This document shows, piece after piece, positions 34,513 to 43,469 of a stretch of DNA of 64,000 nucleotides (its first letter is position 1; each line of letters begins with the position of its first letter). The notes beneath the pieces are model-generated. The model had not been told where the DNA came from. It made no database searches and was given only the letters and a program-made list of their open reading frames with translations. Origin of the DNA: Variovorax sp. (lineage in GTDB: Bacteria > Pseudomonadota > Gammaproteobacteria > Burkholderiales > Burkholderiaceae_C); assembly GCA_037720315.1 (NCBI GenBank), contig JBBJMS010000001.1, positions 10,110 through 74,109 on the forward strand, written 5' to 3'. Made by a program: the position numbers and the translations under genes.

Positions 34513-34731
34513 ATGAACCGTCTTTCCCTCAAGCTGGCCGCTCTCGGCTCGACCCTCCTGGCATCGACCGGCGCATTCGCGCAGGCGACCGATCCGTTCA
34601 CGCAGATGATGGACGCAGTGGCGCTGGACGGCATCGCCGCCTCAGTGATCGCCGCCGGCCTGATCATCGTCGGCATCGCCGTGGCGTTCAAATCGCCTGA
34701 CGTCGCCAAGCGCGTGGTCAAGAAGGTCTAA
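34513..34731 (+). CDS. Major coat protein (pVIII-like)
   Basis: Signal peptide ending AFA, acidic N-terminus, TM helix, basic C-terminus KRVVKKV; SD GGAG. Confidence 0.85.
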   Translation: MNRLSLKLAALGSTLLASTGAFAQATDPFTQMMDAVALDGIAASVIAAGLIIVGIAVAFKSPDVAKRVVKKV

Positions 34732-34741
34732 GGGGCCTACC

Positions 34742-34843
34742 GTGGCAACAGGCGCACTCATCGTCCTTTTCTGGGGCATCTGGCTATTGGTCGGGGCGAT
34801 GGGTGCTGCCTGCTTTGTCGCGGGCTTCAAGGCGGCACCATGA
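34742..34843 (+). CDS. Small membrane protein (33 aa), minor virion protein candidate; absent from the ORF track
   Basis: GTG start, MATGALIVLFWGIWLLVGAMGAACFVAGFKAAP; stop overlaps the pIII ATG. Confidence 0.6.
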   Translation: MATGALIVLFWGIWLLVGAMGAACFVAGFKAAP

Positions 34844-36213
34844 TGAACCCGTGGTTCCTCCTTGCAGTCCTCGGCCTTGGCGGCGCAATAGCGAACAAAC
34901 CTGCGAACGCCGGCGTAGGGCGAGATCGTGCAACCGGGCAAGCCATCTGGGACGCGGCAGTCAGTGGGCGAAGCACGACCATTGGCGGGTCCAACGGTTC
35001 GATGCGCATTATTGGACCCGCTGCGCCATCGGTCGCGGGCAGCACGCCGGGGAGTGCGCGCATCAGCGGCAGCGGCACCGTCCCTGTGGCCGATAAGCAG
35101 GTGCCCGGAGTCAATATGTCCGGTGAGGTCGCAAAAGAGGCCGTTGTCGGCGCCGTGACCGGCTGCCTGACTGGCGGCCTTGTTGGCTGCGTCCTGGGCG
35201 TCGCGACGCCGCTCGCATTGGCCTACGTCGCAAACAGTGGGCTTCGCCAGAACCCGCAAAGCGGTGCGCCAGAGCGCTCAGACCCCGGGGTGTGCAGCAC
35301 AGCGCCGTGCTACGAGTACCGCTATCACGGGTCCTTGGCGTTTCGGTGGACCCGCCAAGCAGCGTGTACCGATTTCATGGGGTACATCGCCGCCTTCAAT
35401 CCGCCTAGTTACACCTGGCGCGCGGAAGTAGCGCCGGAAAATGAAGGCGCCCAATGCCGCCTGTATTACAAGTCGGCGCCAACCGCAAACGAGGAACTGG
35501 CTTCGGGCACGACCGCCGAGGAAGGCACGCGGTCGCCGTCATCCGTGACCTGGTATCCAGCGACGCCTCAGGACGTCCGCGACGCGCTTTACAACAACGA
35601 CCCGCCGGCGCCAATCGTGGATGAGTTGGCGCGGCATGGCAACATTAATTGGACGCTCGGGGACCCGACGCGTATCGTCAGTGGCCCCGCGTCCGTAAGC
35701 GGTCCAAAAGAGACGACCAGTAACCCTGATGGCAGTACTTCAACCCGGCAGACCAATACGCCGCTGAGCTATAGCGGTCCAACGATCACCGCCGGGCCGA
35801 CAACGACGACGACGACGACTAAGGACCCGCAGGGCAACACGACAGGTACGACCACGACGACGACGACGCCTGGTACAGAAGCCGAGCCAGCGCCAGAGCC
35901 ACCGCCCACAGATACGCCGCTCGGGCCAATCCCGCAGCTATACACGCCCAAGTTTCCTGACGGCATGACTGGCGTGTGGGCAACGCGGAAAGCCGAACTG
36001 ATGGCGTCGCCGCTGGTGTCGCTGAAGGACCAAATGTTCCCCGCCGTGGGCTCGACCGGCGCGTGTCCTGCTTGGCAACTCCCGGTGAACGTGGCGTGGG
36101 TGGATTTCGGAACCTATAACGTCGCGCCGCCGTGCTGGATATGGGATTTCGCAAAGGTCATCGTCATCTTGAGTGCCGCGCTGCTGGCGCGCGCGCTCAT
36201 CTTCGGGGGCTGA
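34840..36213 (+). CDS. Attachment protein (pIII-like)
   Basis: Signal peptide, Cys pairs, Thr/Pro-rich linker, C-terminal TM anchor. Confidence 0.8.
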   Translation: MMNPWFLLAVLGLGGAIANKPANAGVGRDRATGQAIWDAAVSGRSTTIGGSNGSMRIIGPAAPSVAGSTPGSARISGSGTVPVADKQVPGVNMSGEVAKEAVVGAVTGCLTGGLVGCVLGVATPLALAYVANSGLRQNPQSGAPERSDPGVCSTAPCYEYRYHGSLAFRWTRQAACTDFMGYIAAFNPPSYTWRAEVAPENEGAQCRLYYKSAPTANEELASGTTAEEGTRSPSSVTWYPATPQDVRDALYNNDPPAPIVDELARHGNINWTLGDPTRIVSGPASVSGPKETTSNPDGSTSTRQTNTPLSYSGPTITAGPTTTTTTTKDPQGNTTGTTTTTTTPGTEAEPAPEPPPTDTPLGPIPQLYTPKFPDGMTGVWATRKAELMASPLVSLKDQMFPAVGSTGACPAWQLPVNVAWVDFGTYNVAPPCWIWDFAKVIVILSAALLARALIFGG

Positions 36214-36214
36214 A

Positions 36215-36550
36215 ATGGCGGCTGCATTCACCATGCTTTTGGCCAAGCTGGCGGCGATCGTCGACTGGGTCGGCTTGCTCGCCGTCGCCGTGTTCACCGC
36301 GCTGTGGGACGTCGTCAAAGACGCATGGTGTTGGCCGTTCGATCAGGTGTTGCAGGTCGCGACGTCGGCGATTGCAGCAATCGACGTGAGCGGCATCAGC
36401 GGGAGCCTTCAAGGATGGGGTTCTGTCCCTGCTGAGGTTATGAACTTGCTCGGCCTGCTCGGCGTCGGCACCGCTATTTCGATCATCGGCGCGGCCATAG
36501 CAATCCGCTTCGGCCTGCAACTCATCCCCTTCGTAAGGCTCGGCTCATGA
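36215..36550 (+). CDS. Minor coat protein pVI-like (DUF2523-like)
   Basis: 111 aa, hydrophobic, ends IRFGLQLIPFVRLGS; between pIII and pI. Confidence 0.8.
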   Translation: MAAAFTMLLAKLAAIVDWVGLLAVAVFTALWDVVKDAWCWPFDQVLQVATSAIAAIDVSGISGSLQGWGSVPAEVMNLLGLLGVGTAISIIGAAIAIRFGLQLIPFVRLGS

Positions 36551-37845
36551 TCAACGGACTAGAAGGCATCCCCGGCTCAGGCAAGAGCTACGAGGCCACG
36601 GTGTTCCACGTGCTTGAAGCGCTAAAGAACGGCCGCCTCGTCATCACGAATCTTCCGCTCAACGTCGAGATGTTCGCGGCCATCGACCCCAGTTACCGGG
36701 CACTGATCCAGATACGCAAGCAGGCGCAGCCGATCCGCGGCACGTGGGACGCCAGTCGGGTCGATGTAGACACCGGCAAGGGCAACGCGTTCGAGCTATT
36801 CGACACGCCAGAGCAGAACCAAAAGCCTGACGTCAACGTGTCGCTGTTCGGGCACGTGTGGGATTACTTCTGCGTCTGGAAGCACGCGAAAACAGGGCAG
36901 GGGCCGTTGTTTGTTATCGACGAATGCCACGTGCCGATGCCGAAGGTCGGCACAGATAAGCAGGTGATCGAGTGGTACAAGTTGTCGCGACATTTCAACG
37001 CCGACGTCCTGCTGATGACGCAGAGCTTTCGCGACATGAACCCCATGATCGCCGGGCTGTTGGCAATCCTCGTGAAGGTCCGCAAAGCGGACATCCTCGG
37101 CAGGGCGGATCACTACATCCGCAAGGTCCAAGCGGGGTATCGCGGTGCGGTCATCTCGACCGAGCAACGCAGGTACGAACCAGCGTTCTTCAACCTCTAC
37201 AAGAGTCACACGCAAGGCAACTCCGTGATGGAAGCGCTTGCTACCGACGTAGTGCCGTTCCTCGTGAAGTTCAACCGCTTTCGCAATCTGTTTTTCGTCA
37301 TCATCTTGATCGGCATCGGGTGGGCAGTGTGGGTCAACGCCAGAGAGAAGCCCAAGAAGCCGCATCCGATCCAGTCACGCATTGACCTGGCCGTAGCAGA
37401 CGCGAAAGCTAACCCGGTCGAGCATGGGCTCGAAGGCATGAAGCAGGCTGCATTGACGAAGGTGCAGACCGCCGTGAATGTAGGCAAGAACGTTGACCCC
37501 GAAGATGACCCCGAACCCTTCCAAGCGAAAGAGGTTCACCTCACCGGAATGATGCGGATGGGTCCAAAGGTGATCTTTACGTTCACTGTCTCCAAAGGGT
37601 CTACCCGCATCCTCGATCTGACCGAACCCGATCTGATCGCGGCTGGCTACACCTGGCATCCGACCGGACATTGCACGGGCGTCCTTAAGTGGAGGGACAC
37701 CCGCAAAGCCGTGACATGTGACGCGCCACGGCTCGCCGCTGGCGACAATGAACGGCCGCACGTAGTCGCTGTTCCCGGTGTGCAACCGAAGGCCGCAGGG
37801 CAGACCGGAGGGGCCCCGCTTGCGGGGATACCGGGCGGCGTGTAG
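36547..37845 (+). CDS. Zot/pI-like morphogenesis ATPase
   Basis: Walker A GIPGSGKS, ITNLPL, Walker B LFVIDECH, RH...D..LMTQ, single TM. Confidence 0.92.
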   Translation: MINGLEGIPGSGKSYEATVFHVLEALKNGRLVITNLPLNVEMFAAIDPSYRALIQIRKQAQPIRGTWDASRVDVDTGKGNAFELFDTPEQNQKPDVNVSLFGHVWDYFCVWKHAKTGQGPLFVIDECHVPMPKVGTDKQVIEWYKLSRHFNADVLLMTQSFRDMNPMIAGLLAILVKVRKADILGRADHYIRKVQAGYRGAVISTEQRRYEPAFFNLYKSHTQGNSVMEALATDVVPFLVKFNRFRNLFFVIILIGIGWAVWVNAREKPKKPHPIQSRIDLAVADAKANPVEHGLEGMKQAALTKVQTAVNVGKNVDPEDDPEPFQAKEVHLTGMMRMGPKVIFTFTVSKGSTRILDLTEPDLIAAGYTWHPTGHCTGVLKWRDTRKAVTCDAPRLAAGDNERPHVVAVPGVQPKAAGQTGGAPLAGIPGGV

Positions 37846-37955
37846 GCCTCTCTCCCTTGCAGACCTGAACGCGCCCTCGTGCGCCCATTCCTGCACGTAT
37901 CGGACGATCTAGCGCATCTCTTTGCTAAGCGGTATTCAGGGGACCCGCTTGCGGG
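37814..37955. repeat. Duplicated mini-hairpin CCCGCTTGCGGG at the zot end and in the phage non-coding region
   Basis: Copies at 37815-37826 and 37944-37955. Confidence 0.6.
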
Positions 37956-38042
37956 GGAAAGGCCTCCGATCTGAGACGATTCCCGGCAGTCCGTCACATC
38001 GGTCTTTCCACCCGCCATGAAACAGACTGTTACTATCGTTCG

Positions 38043-38243
38043 ATGGGCATCCAAGATCGAGAGTACTACCGCGAGTGGTGGAGCAAGCGCAATGGTGTTG
38101 CCGGGCATCCTCGCTCGGTGCCCGCGTCTCGTCGAGTTGGCCCCCCTAAGCTTTGGGGTGCTGATTTCCACTGGTCCCTCAAGCTGTTGGTCTGGCTCGC
38201 GATTGCGGTCCTTTTGCTCATTGCATTTCGGCTCGTCCGCTAG
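38043..38243 (+). CDS. Small membrane protein (MGIQDREY N-terminus), probably leaderless
   Basis: Extended -10 TGT-TACTAT 6 nt before the ATG; C-terminal TM. Confidence 0.6.
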   Translation: MGIQDREYYREWWSKRNGVAGHPRSVPASRRVGPPKLWGADFHWSLKLLVWLAIAVLLLIAFRLVR

Positions 38244-38252
38244 CCCTGCGGC

Positions 38253-38816
38253 GTGTTGATCGGCTATGCACGGGTATCGACCAGCGATCAGGAAACCCGG
38301 CTCCAACTCGACGCCCTCAAGCGTGCTGGCGTTCGTCGCGTTTTCGCAGAAAAGACCAGCGGCATCGGCCCACGGCCTGAGCTGCACAAGGCACTCGCCG
38401 AGCTTCGACCTGGGGGGACTCTCGTCGTCTACAAGATCGATCGGCTCGCTCGAAGCCTCAAGGATTTGCTCTCGCTGTTGGAACGACTGCGGCTCGCAGG
38501 GTGTGCGCTCAAGTCGCTCACCGAGCCTATCGATACCTCGTCGGCGATGGGTGAACTTGTCTTGCAAATTCTTGGCGCTGTCGCTCAGTTCGAACGCTCG
38601 ATCATCAGAGAGCGGTGCATGGCTGGCCGTGTCGCCGCCAGGGAGCGGGGGCAGGTGTTCGGACGCCCCCGCGATCTATCCGATGATGATGCGGCCGAAG
38701 TTGTGCGGCTCTACCAAACCGGCCTCTACACACTGCCGATGCTGGCGGACGTCTTCGGCGTCGGCGTCGGTGCGCTCAAGAACGCCGTCTATCGGTACCG
38801 CGCGCTGCTCGGGTAA
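38253..38816 (+). CDS. Small serine recombinase (resolvase/invertase family), putative phage integrase
   Basis: IGYARVST, EKTSG, VYKIDRLARS, AQFER..I.ER, C-terminal HTH; ends 23 bp before attR. Confidence 0.93.
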   Translation: MLIGYARVSTSDQETRLQLDALKRAGVRRVFAEKTSGIGPRPELHKALAELRPGGTLVVYKIDRLARSLKDLLSLLERLRLAGCALKSLTEPIDTSSAMGELVLQILGAVAQFERSIIRERCMAGRVAARERGQVFGRPRDLSDDDAAEVVRLYQTGLYTLPMLADVFGVGVGALKNAVYRYRALLG

Positions 38817-38839
38817 GCACTCGACGCGCGTTTAAAAAG

Positions 38840-38847
38840 TACAACAT
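38840..38847. repeat. attR core TACAACAT
   Basis: Identical to 31952-31959; abuts the hrcA -10 TAAAAT. Confidence 0.8.
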
Positions 38848-38859
38848 TAAAATCAGCCG

Positions 38860-39864
38860 ATGCTGGACGACCGCGCCAAGTTGCTGCTCAAGACTCTGGT
38901 CGAGCGCTACATCGCTGAAGGGCAGCCGGTGGGCTCGCGCACGCTCTCGCGGGCGTCGGGGCTCGAGCTCTCGCCCGCGACCATTCGCAACGTGATGTCG
39001 GACCTCGAAGGGCTGGGGCTCATCACCAGTCCGCATACGTCGGCAGGCCGCATTCCAACCGCTCGTGGCTATCGGCTTTTCGTCGACACCATGCTCACTG
39101 CGCAACGCGAGCAGTTCACCGCCGCGCATCTCGCGCCGGACCAGCCGCAGAAAGTGATCGCGAACGCAGCGAATCTGTTGTCGAACCTTTCGCAGTTCGT
39201 GGGCGTGGTGATGGCGCCGCGCCGGGCAACGGCTTTCCGGCAGATCGAGTTCCTGCGGCTTTCCGACCGCCGCCTGCTGGTGATCATCGTGTCGCCGGAC
39301 GGTGACGTGCAAAACCGGGTGATCTTTCCGGAGGCCGACTATTCGCAGTCGCAACTGGTCGAGGCATCGAACTACATCAACGCGCACTTCGCGGGGCTGT
39401 CCATCGAGCAGGTCCGCGATCGCCTCCGGTCCGAGGTCGAGCAACTGCGCGGCGAAATCGCTGCGCTCATGCAGGCTGCGGTGCAGGCGAGTTCCGAAGT
39501 CATGACGGAAGCACAGGACGAGGTAGTGATCGCCGGTGAACGCAACCTGCTCGCAGTGACCGATTTTTCCAGCGACATGGGCCATCTGCGGCGCGCGTTC
39601 GATCTGTTCGAGCAGAAGGCGCAGCTGATGCGCCTGCTCGACGTTTCGAGCAAGGCGGAAGGGGTGCGCATCTTCATCGGCGGTGAGAGCCAAGTGGTGC
39701 CTTTCGAGGACCTGTCGATCGTGAGCGCCAATTACGAGGTCGACGGACAAGTGGTTGGCACCCTCGGCGTCATAGGGCCGACGCGGATGCCGTATGAGCG
39801 CATGATCCAGATCGTGGACATTACGTCCCGCCTTGTCAGCAATGCGTTGAGCAACCGCAAGTAG
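38860..39864 (+). CDS. hrcA: Heat-inducible transcription repressor
   Basis: [40 protein letters not shown]. Confidence 0.98.
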   Translation: MLDDRAKLLLKTLVERYIAEGQPVGSRTLSRASGLELSPATIRNVMSDLEGLGLITSPHTSAGRIPTARGYRLFVDTMLTAQREQFTAAHLAPDQPQKVIANAANLLSNLSQFVGVVMAPRRATAFRQIEFLRLSDRRLLVIIVSPDGDVQNRVIFPEADYSQSQLVEASNYINAHFAGLSIEQVRDRLRSEVEQLRGEIAALMQAAVQASSEVMTEAQDEVVIAGERNLLAVTDFSSDMGHLRRAFDLFEQKAQLMRLLDVSSKAEGVRIFIGGESQVVPFEDLSIVSANYEVDGQVVGTLGVIGPTRMPYERMIQIVDITSRLVSNALSNRK

Positions 39865-39916
39865 TGCGAGCCAAGGCAGGCGGCCTCGCGGGCCGCTACT
39901 AGAATCGCAACGGTGT

Positions 39917-39993
<77 letters not shown>

Positions 39994-40082
39994 CATACAT
40001 GCGGGTTGGGTGCTATCAATAATATAGCTTATCCAATATCCACTCCCCTGCTATCCAAAACTCGTCACTTTCAGGGGGTGTC

Positions 40083-40622
40083 ATGAAGTTCGTCCAACGC
40101 AACCCGGAGAATGAGACTTTCCCGCCCAACGCCCTCACCGCGTGGGTCGGATTCAACTCGTACTTCGTGCCCGAGGAGGGCGATCTCATAGAGGTCCGCC
40201 CTCCCGTCGACGTCGATGCGCTGCTCGACGCAGGCATGGGTCCCCAGTACCTGCTCTCCGAGCTGCTGTGGTTGAGGAGCACCCTCCCAGGCAACGCGGG
40301 TGTCGGGCCCACCGGGAGGGTCGCCGAGCGAGAACCTGCAGCTGCGCGGTGGCTGATCGGCCTGCTCGATGACATCGAGTACGTCACCGAGCAAGGTGTC
40401 ATGAAAGGCGTGGCGGAGCTGCACGTGATGGCCGCTCGCTCAGGCCTGGCCAGAAGAGTGGCCATGCAGGCACTCAAAGACGCTGAGTTGGAACTGGCCA
40501 TCGACCTATACGTCGCCCATCACAACATCGAGCCCAAGCCGTTCATCTGGACCACTCGCGCGTCGGACATCCTGGCCAAGGTCACGCGGGCGAAAGCAGC
40601 TCTCGCAACCGCAGCGAAATAA
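40083..40622 (+). CDS. Hypothetical ORF whose last ~45 aa are an IS630-type transposase C-terminus
   Basis: LELAIDLYVAHHNIEPKPFIWT; CACTAG-TA IS630-like end at ~40646-40653. Confidence 0.5.
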   Translation: MKFVQRNPENETFPPNALTAWVGFNSYFVPEEGDLIEVRPPVDVDALLDAGMGPQYLLSELLWLRSTLPGNAGVGPTGRVAEREPAAARWLIGLLDDIEYVTEQGVMKGVAELHVMAARSGLARRVAMQALKDAELELAIDLYVAHHNIEPKPFIWTTRASDILAKVTRAKAALATAAK

Positions 40623-40789
40623 GTGCAGAACAGAGTGGCGCACTGCACTAGTACGAATCGCGTTTCCACTGGCTCAGCCGGTCATCGACCTGTGGCGCTC
40701 GCAGCAAGCTCTTGCGAAGCACTATGTCCATACTGGTTTGAAGTTCACATTGGACGGGCGCCTTGTCGGGGACCTCGCTGAAGCGCTAG

Positions 40790-41974
40790 GGATGATCTGC
40801 AAAACTGGCCCGAGCCTTGCATGATTTGATTCCATGATTTCCAAGCGCGTAACTCCCTCGAATCAACTCGGCCTGGGTCTGAACCTCTCGATAAAGAAGA
40901 CGCGCAAGCGCGAGTTCCTCGATGAGATGAATAGGGTGGTGCCCTGGAGCGCACTGGTGGAGATCGTCGAGCCGCACAGCCCGCGAGCCAAGACCGGGCG
41001 TCCACCGTTTTCGATCGAGACGATGTTGCGTATCCATTACCTTCAACAATGGTTCGGCCTGAGCGATCCGTCCATGGAAGAGGCACTTCACGATGTGCCG
41101 CTTTACCGGGAGTTCGCCGGCCTGGGTGACGGCGTCAGCCGCTTGCCCGACGAGACCACCATCCTGCGATTTCGCCATCTGCTGGAAGCCCATGACTTGG
41201 CCGCTGACATGCTGCGCGTGGTCAACGACATCCTTCAATCCAAAGGCCTGTTGCTGCGCACCGGTACTGCTGTGGATGCCACGCTGATCGCCGCGCCCAG
41301 TTCGACCAAGAACGCCGGAGGCGAACGCGACCCGGAGATGCATCAGACCCGCAAGGGCAAGCAGTGGTACTTCGGAATGAAGGCCCATATTGGCGTGGAT
41401 GCCGCCTCGGGCTTGGTGCACACGGTGGTGGGCACGGCGGCGAACATCAGCGACATCAACGTCGCCGGAGCGCTGCTGCACGGAGAGGAACACACGGCCT
41501 TCGGCGATTCGGGCTATCAAGGCGTGCACAAGCGAGCCGAGGCCAAAGGGCCAACCTGGCACGTGGCGATGCGCCCGGGCAAACGCAGGCTGCTCAATCC
41601 GTTCATCGAGCCTGAATTCGTAGCCGAGCGCGTGGAGAAAATGAAAGCCAGCATCAGAGCCAAGGTCGAACACCCATTCCGGGTGATCAAACGACAGTTT
41701 GGCTTCAACAAGGTGCGCTATCGCGGCTTGGCGAAGAACACGGCGCAGATCGTCACGCTGTTTGCGTTGTCGAATCTGTGGATGGCGCGACGCCAGCTGA
41801 TGGAATCCAGGGCATGAGTGCGTCCGTAACGCCCGAATCGGGCATGCGAGACCGCCGCGGCGGCCGTTCTGATCGGCAAATCGATGCTGTGTCCGCTCGA
41901 ACGTGCAGACCGAATGCGTCGTCATCAATTCATTCCTTCAACCCCGACCGCAGATCGTGTTCTGCAGACCATCC
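40790..41974 (+). mobile_element. IS5 family element (1185 bp)
   Basis: Terminal IRs GGATGATCTGCAAAAC / GTTCTGCAGACCATCC (14/16); flanks CTAG and TTAG. Confidence 0.92.
40834..41817 (+). CDS. IS5 family DDE transposase
   Basis: GRPP, VDATLI, WYFGMKAHIGVD, GDSGY, RAKVEHPF. Confidence 0.95.
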   Translation: MISKRVTPSNQLGLGLNLSIKKTRKREFLDEMNRVVPWSALVEIVEPHSPRAKTGRPPFSIETMLRIHYLQQWFGLSDPSMEEALHDVPLYREFAGLGDGVSRLPDETTILRFRHLLEAHDLAADMLRVVNDILQSKGLLLRTGTAVDATLIAAPSSTKNAGGERDPEMHQTRKGKQWYFGMKAHIGVDAASGLVHTVVGTAANISDINVAGALLHGEEHTAFGDSGYQGVHKRAEAKGPTWHVAMRPGKRRLLNPFIEPEFVAERVEKMKASIRAKVEHPFRVIKRQFGFNKVRYRGLAKNTAQIVTLFALSNLWMARRQLMESRA

Positions 41975-41978
41975 TTAG

Positions 41979-42262
41979 CAGATACACGCAGAAGTTCAAG
42001 CTGGGCGGTGGGCCTGGTCGTGAGCGGGGAGCTCTGCGGGCGTGACAATGATGGTGCTTGGCGTGCTGGTGCAGGCGCTGGACAACTGGGTCAGGCTGGA
42101 CGAGAAGGGCAACTCAAGTGTGGGCGCCGGTGAGCGCCGAGCAAATGGAGCTGGCGCCTGCGCGCGCAGATGGCGCGGGTGACCATGGGGCGCGACATCC
42201 AAAAAAAGCGACGGCATATTTTGCCAAGGAATCACTCTGAAGTACGCCTCGATCCCCAAGCA
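41979..42262 (+). pseudogene. Degenerate IS3-family OrfA and start of OrfB
   Basis: Fragments YTQKFK, LDNWVRLDEKGQL, PVSAEQMELA, KKATAYFAKESL*, then KYA. Confidence 0.65.
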
Positions 42263-42343
42263 CACCAGCGTGACCGATCTGGAATTGGCCATCGATTTAT
42301 ACGTGGCCAACCACAAGGCCAACCTCTGCCCTTCATTTGGACC
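42263..42343 (+). pseudogene. Second IS630 C-terminal fragment
   Basis: SVTDLELAIDLYVANH...PFIWT, homologous to 40488-40553. Confidence 0.6.
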
Positions 42344-42364
42344 GTCGCAGCGCCGCGCGCGCGT

Positions 42365-43183
42365 TCAGTAGGTGCTGCCGGGCAACAGCGGTACCGGGGG
42401 CACCGACTCACTCCTGAAGCGGTCAGCCAACGCGGTCGTGGCGCGCATCAGCAGGTTGGTGTCGAGGCCTATGGCAACAAACAGCGCACCGAGTTCGAGA
42501 TACGACCTGGACAGCGTCTCGTCCGCTGACAGGATGCCAGCTGCCTTGCCCGCCCGGTTCACGCGCCCGATGGCATCGGCGATCGCCGCTTGGACCTCGG
42601 CGTGGCCCGGGTTTCCTACATGGCCCATCGATGCCGACAGATCAGCGGGCCCTATGAAGAGGCCGTCTACGCCATCGATGGCCGCGATTGCCTCCAGATT
42701 GTCGAGCGCTTCGCGCGTCTCGATTTGTACCAGAAGACATACCTGATCGTTCGCTTCATTCGCGTAGGCCGGGTAGCGTCCCCACCTTGATGCACGTGCA
42801 CCGCCCATGCCGCGAATGCCATGGGGTGGATAGCGCATCGCACGGACGACTGCGTGCGCCTGCTCGGCCGTGTCCACCATCGGCACCAGGATGGTCTGGA
42901 CGCCGAGGTCCAGGTATTGCTTGATGAGTGCGGTGCCGACATCCCCGTGCCCAACTGGCACTCGAGCGATAGCGTGAGTTCCAGGGTACGCAGCAATCGC
43001 CTGCGATTGCTGCAGGATGCTTCGCAGCGCGTTGGGGGAATGCTCACCGTCGATCAGCAACCAATCGAAACCAGCGCCGGCGCAGATCTCTGCGCAGTAT
43101 GAGTCGGCCAAGCCGAGCCAGAGGCCGAGCTGGGCGCGCTTGTTAATAAGCGCCTGTTTAAATGGATTTTCGGGAGTTTGCAT
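42365..43183 (-). CDS. HpcH/HpaI class II aldolase
   Basis: [30 protein letters not shown]. Confidence 0.92.
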   Translation of the reverse strand: MQTPENPFKQALINKRAQLGLWLGLADSYCAEICAGAGFDWLLIDGEHSPNALRSILQQSQAIAAYPGTHAIARVPVGHGDVGTALIKQYLDLGVQTILVPMVDTAEQAHAVVRAMRYPPHGIRGMGGARASRWGRYPAYANEANDQVCLLVQIETREALDNLEAIAAIDGVDGLFIGPADLSASMGHVGNPGHAEVQAAIADAIGRVNRAGKAAGILSADETLSRSYLELGALFVAIGLDTNLLMRATTALADRFRSESVPPVPLLPGSTY

Positions 43184-43210
43184 GGAAGAGGCCGGCAGTT
43201 CGATTAGCCG

Positions 43211-43275
43211 ATTGTTAGTAGCATGACTTCGATGCGCAAGACATCAAATTCGATGGACCTATTCGGATTGTCAAT
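43211..43275 (-). promoter_or_regulatory. LysR-type promoter module P1 (aldolase)
   Basis: ATTGACAATCCGAAT-N6-ATCGAATTTGATGTC-TTGCGC-N17-AACAAT. Confidence 0.7.
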
Positions 43276-43307
43276 GGATGGAGCGATCAAAGCGACACTG
43301 GATGCTT

Positions 43308-43372
43308 ATTGTTGATGCCAATAAATTCATCGATGCAAGAGATTTGCTCGGGGAGGCGGTCGTTTATAGACT
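43308..43372 (+). promoter_or_regulatory. LysR-type promoter module P2 (flavin reductase)
   Basis: ATTGTTGATGCCAAT-N6-ATCGATGCAAGAGAT-TTGCTC-N17-TAGACT. Confidence 0.7.
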
Positions 43373-43469
43373 GCATGGACACCCTCAAATGGAGCTATGT
43401 CGTGGCTCACACGTTTCTCATAAACCATTTAGCGCCAAGGTTCGAAAACTGTCCCTTTGGGAGCGCAGT

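Larger units (their letters stand above)
31952..38847. mobile_element. Filamentous (inovirus-type) prophage, ~6.9 kb, apparently complete
   Basis: SSB, HUH Rep, coat proteins, pIII, pVI, Zot/pI ATPase and serine recombinase between nadK and hrcA; 8-bp direct repeat TACAACAT at both ends. Confidence 0.93.

Noticed and set aside
35800-35870. ACG-rich microsatellite as a phase-variation tract
   Set aside because: It encodes the in-frame Thr-rich pIII linker with synonymous variation.
36547-37845. Zonula occludens toxin as a virulence factor
   Set aside because: Context shows the phage assembly ATPase; there is no evidence for toxin activity.
38776-39750. 324-aa antisense ORF over hrcA
   Set aside because: Shadow frame of hrcA; only its last codons matter, as the episomal repressor tail.
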